Virus record (IMG/VR): IMGVR_UViG_3300044511_000202
Span: 7,485 to 71,484 of that record
DNA: 64,000 nucleotides
Source: a virus
Reading direction: 5' to 3' (one strand)
Below the pieces are notes generated by a model that ran no database searches, was not told the origin of the DNA, and saw only the letters and a program-made list of their open reading frames with translations. Positions 63,794 through 64,000 of this stretch are shown in pieces (position 1 is the first letter of the stretch; each line of letters begins with the position of its first letter). The position numbers were made by a program, and so were the translations under genes.

Positions 63794-63889
63794 TGCAGTC
63801 CGCGTGCCGCGGGTAAGTCGTCGTTTCCTGGTGGCCGGCGGGCCGTTCGTGAACGGTGGTTCTCAGCCGGGGCGTGAACGGTCGGCTAC
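63794..63889 (-). promoter_or_regulatory. Sigma54 promoter + tandem dyad module
   Basis: GGCACGCGGACTGCA; boxes at 63849 and 63874. Confidence 0.7.
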
Positions 63890-64000
63890 GCGGTGAGCGA
63901 GCGGATCAGCTCCCGCATCTGCATGTAGGTGCGGATCTTGTGGGTACCGTTGTCGTTCAACTCGTACCCGCGCTCACCGTTCGCGAACGAACCGTCCGCT
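63886..64000 (-). CDS. Second copy of the 70-aa early gene (partial at the window edge)
   Basis: 3' portion identical to 63569-63683. Confidence 0.6.
   Translation of the reverse strand, partial: ADGSFANGERGYELNDNGTHKIRTYMQMRELIRSLTA

Larger units (their letters stand above)
63498..64000. repeat. Tandem duplication with a 317-bp period (module + gene)
   Basis: 63498-63683 recurs at 63815-64000 with one mismatch seen (T63556 versus C63873). Confidence 0.9.

Noticed and set aside
57925..64000. CRISPR array or true integron interpretation of the repeated modules
   Set aside because: The units are ~105 bp, divergent and separated by whole genes. They lack attC-like long dyad structure, and no integrase or cas operon is in the window. 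The Cas4-like nuclease is a standard phage replication gene.

Overview
This window is most of a high-GC (roughly 70%, estimated by eye) contractile-tailed dsDNA phage genome. Its sigma54-type and ECF-type promoter motifs suggest a Myxococcota-like host, which is inference only. The + strand from 1 to 31 kb carries head, tail, baseplate and lysis genes. The - strand from 31 to 53 kb carries a replication and nucleotide-metabolism block: RuvC-like resolvase, two DNA methyltransferases, PolA, SSB-like protein, SF2 helicase, Cas4-like exonuclease and primase-helicase. A repeat-rich non-coding switch region sits at about 53 kb, followed by terS and terL on the + strand. The - strand from 57 to 64 kb is an array of small presumed early genes. 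No integrase, CRISPR array or canonical tRNA was seen. The most notable signals are: (1) nine copies of a ~105-bp module made of a sigma54 -24/-12 promoter plus two dyad boxes at fixed spacing, which in seven copies spans exactly from one stop codon to the next ATG like a gene-cassette array (one cassette is tandemly duplicated and one copy points antisense into the terS cluster); (2) eight ECF-type GGAATA-N16-CGTY promoters and a set of extended -10 late promoters, suggesting a three-sigma cascade; (3) two degenerate tRNA-like elements, each preceded by a hairpin, inside operons; (4) a stand-alone GGQ release-factor domain. All protein calls come from motifs recognised by eye and from gene order; no database search was run.
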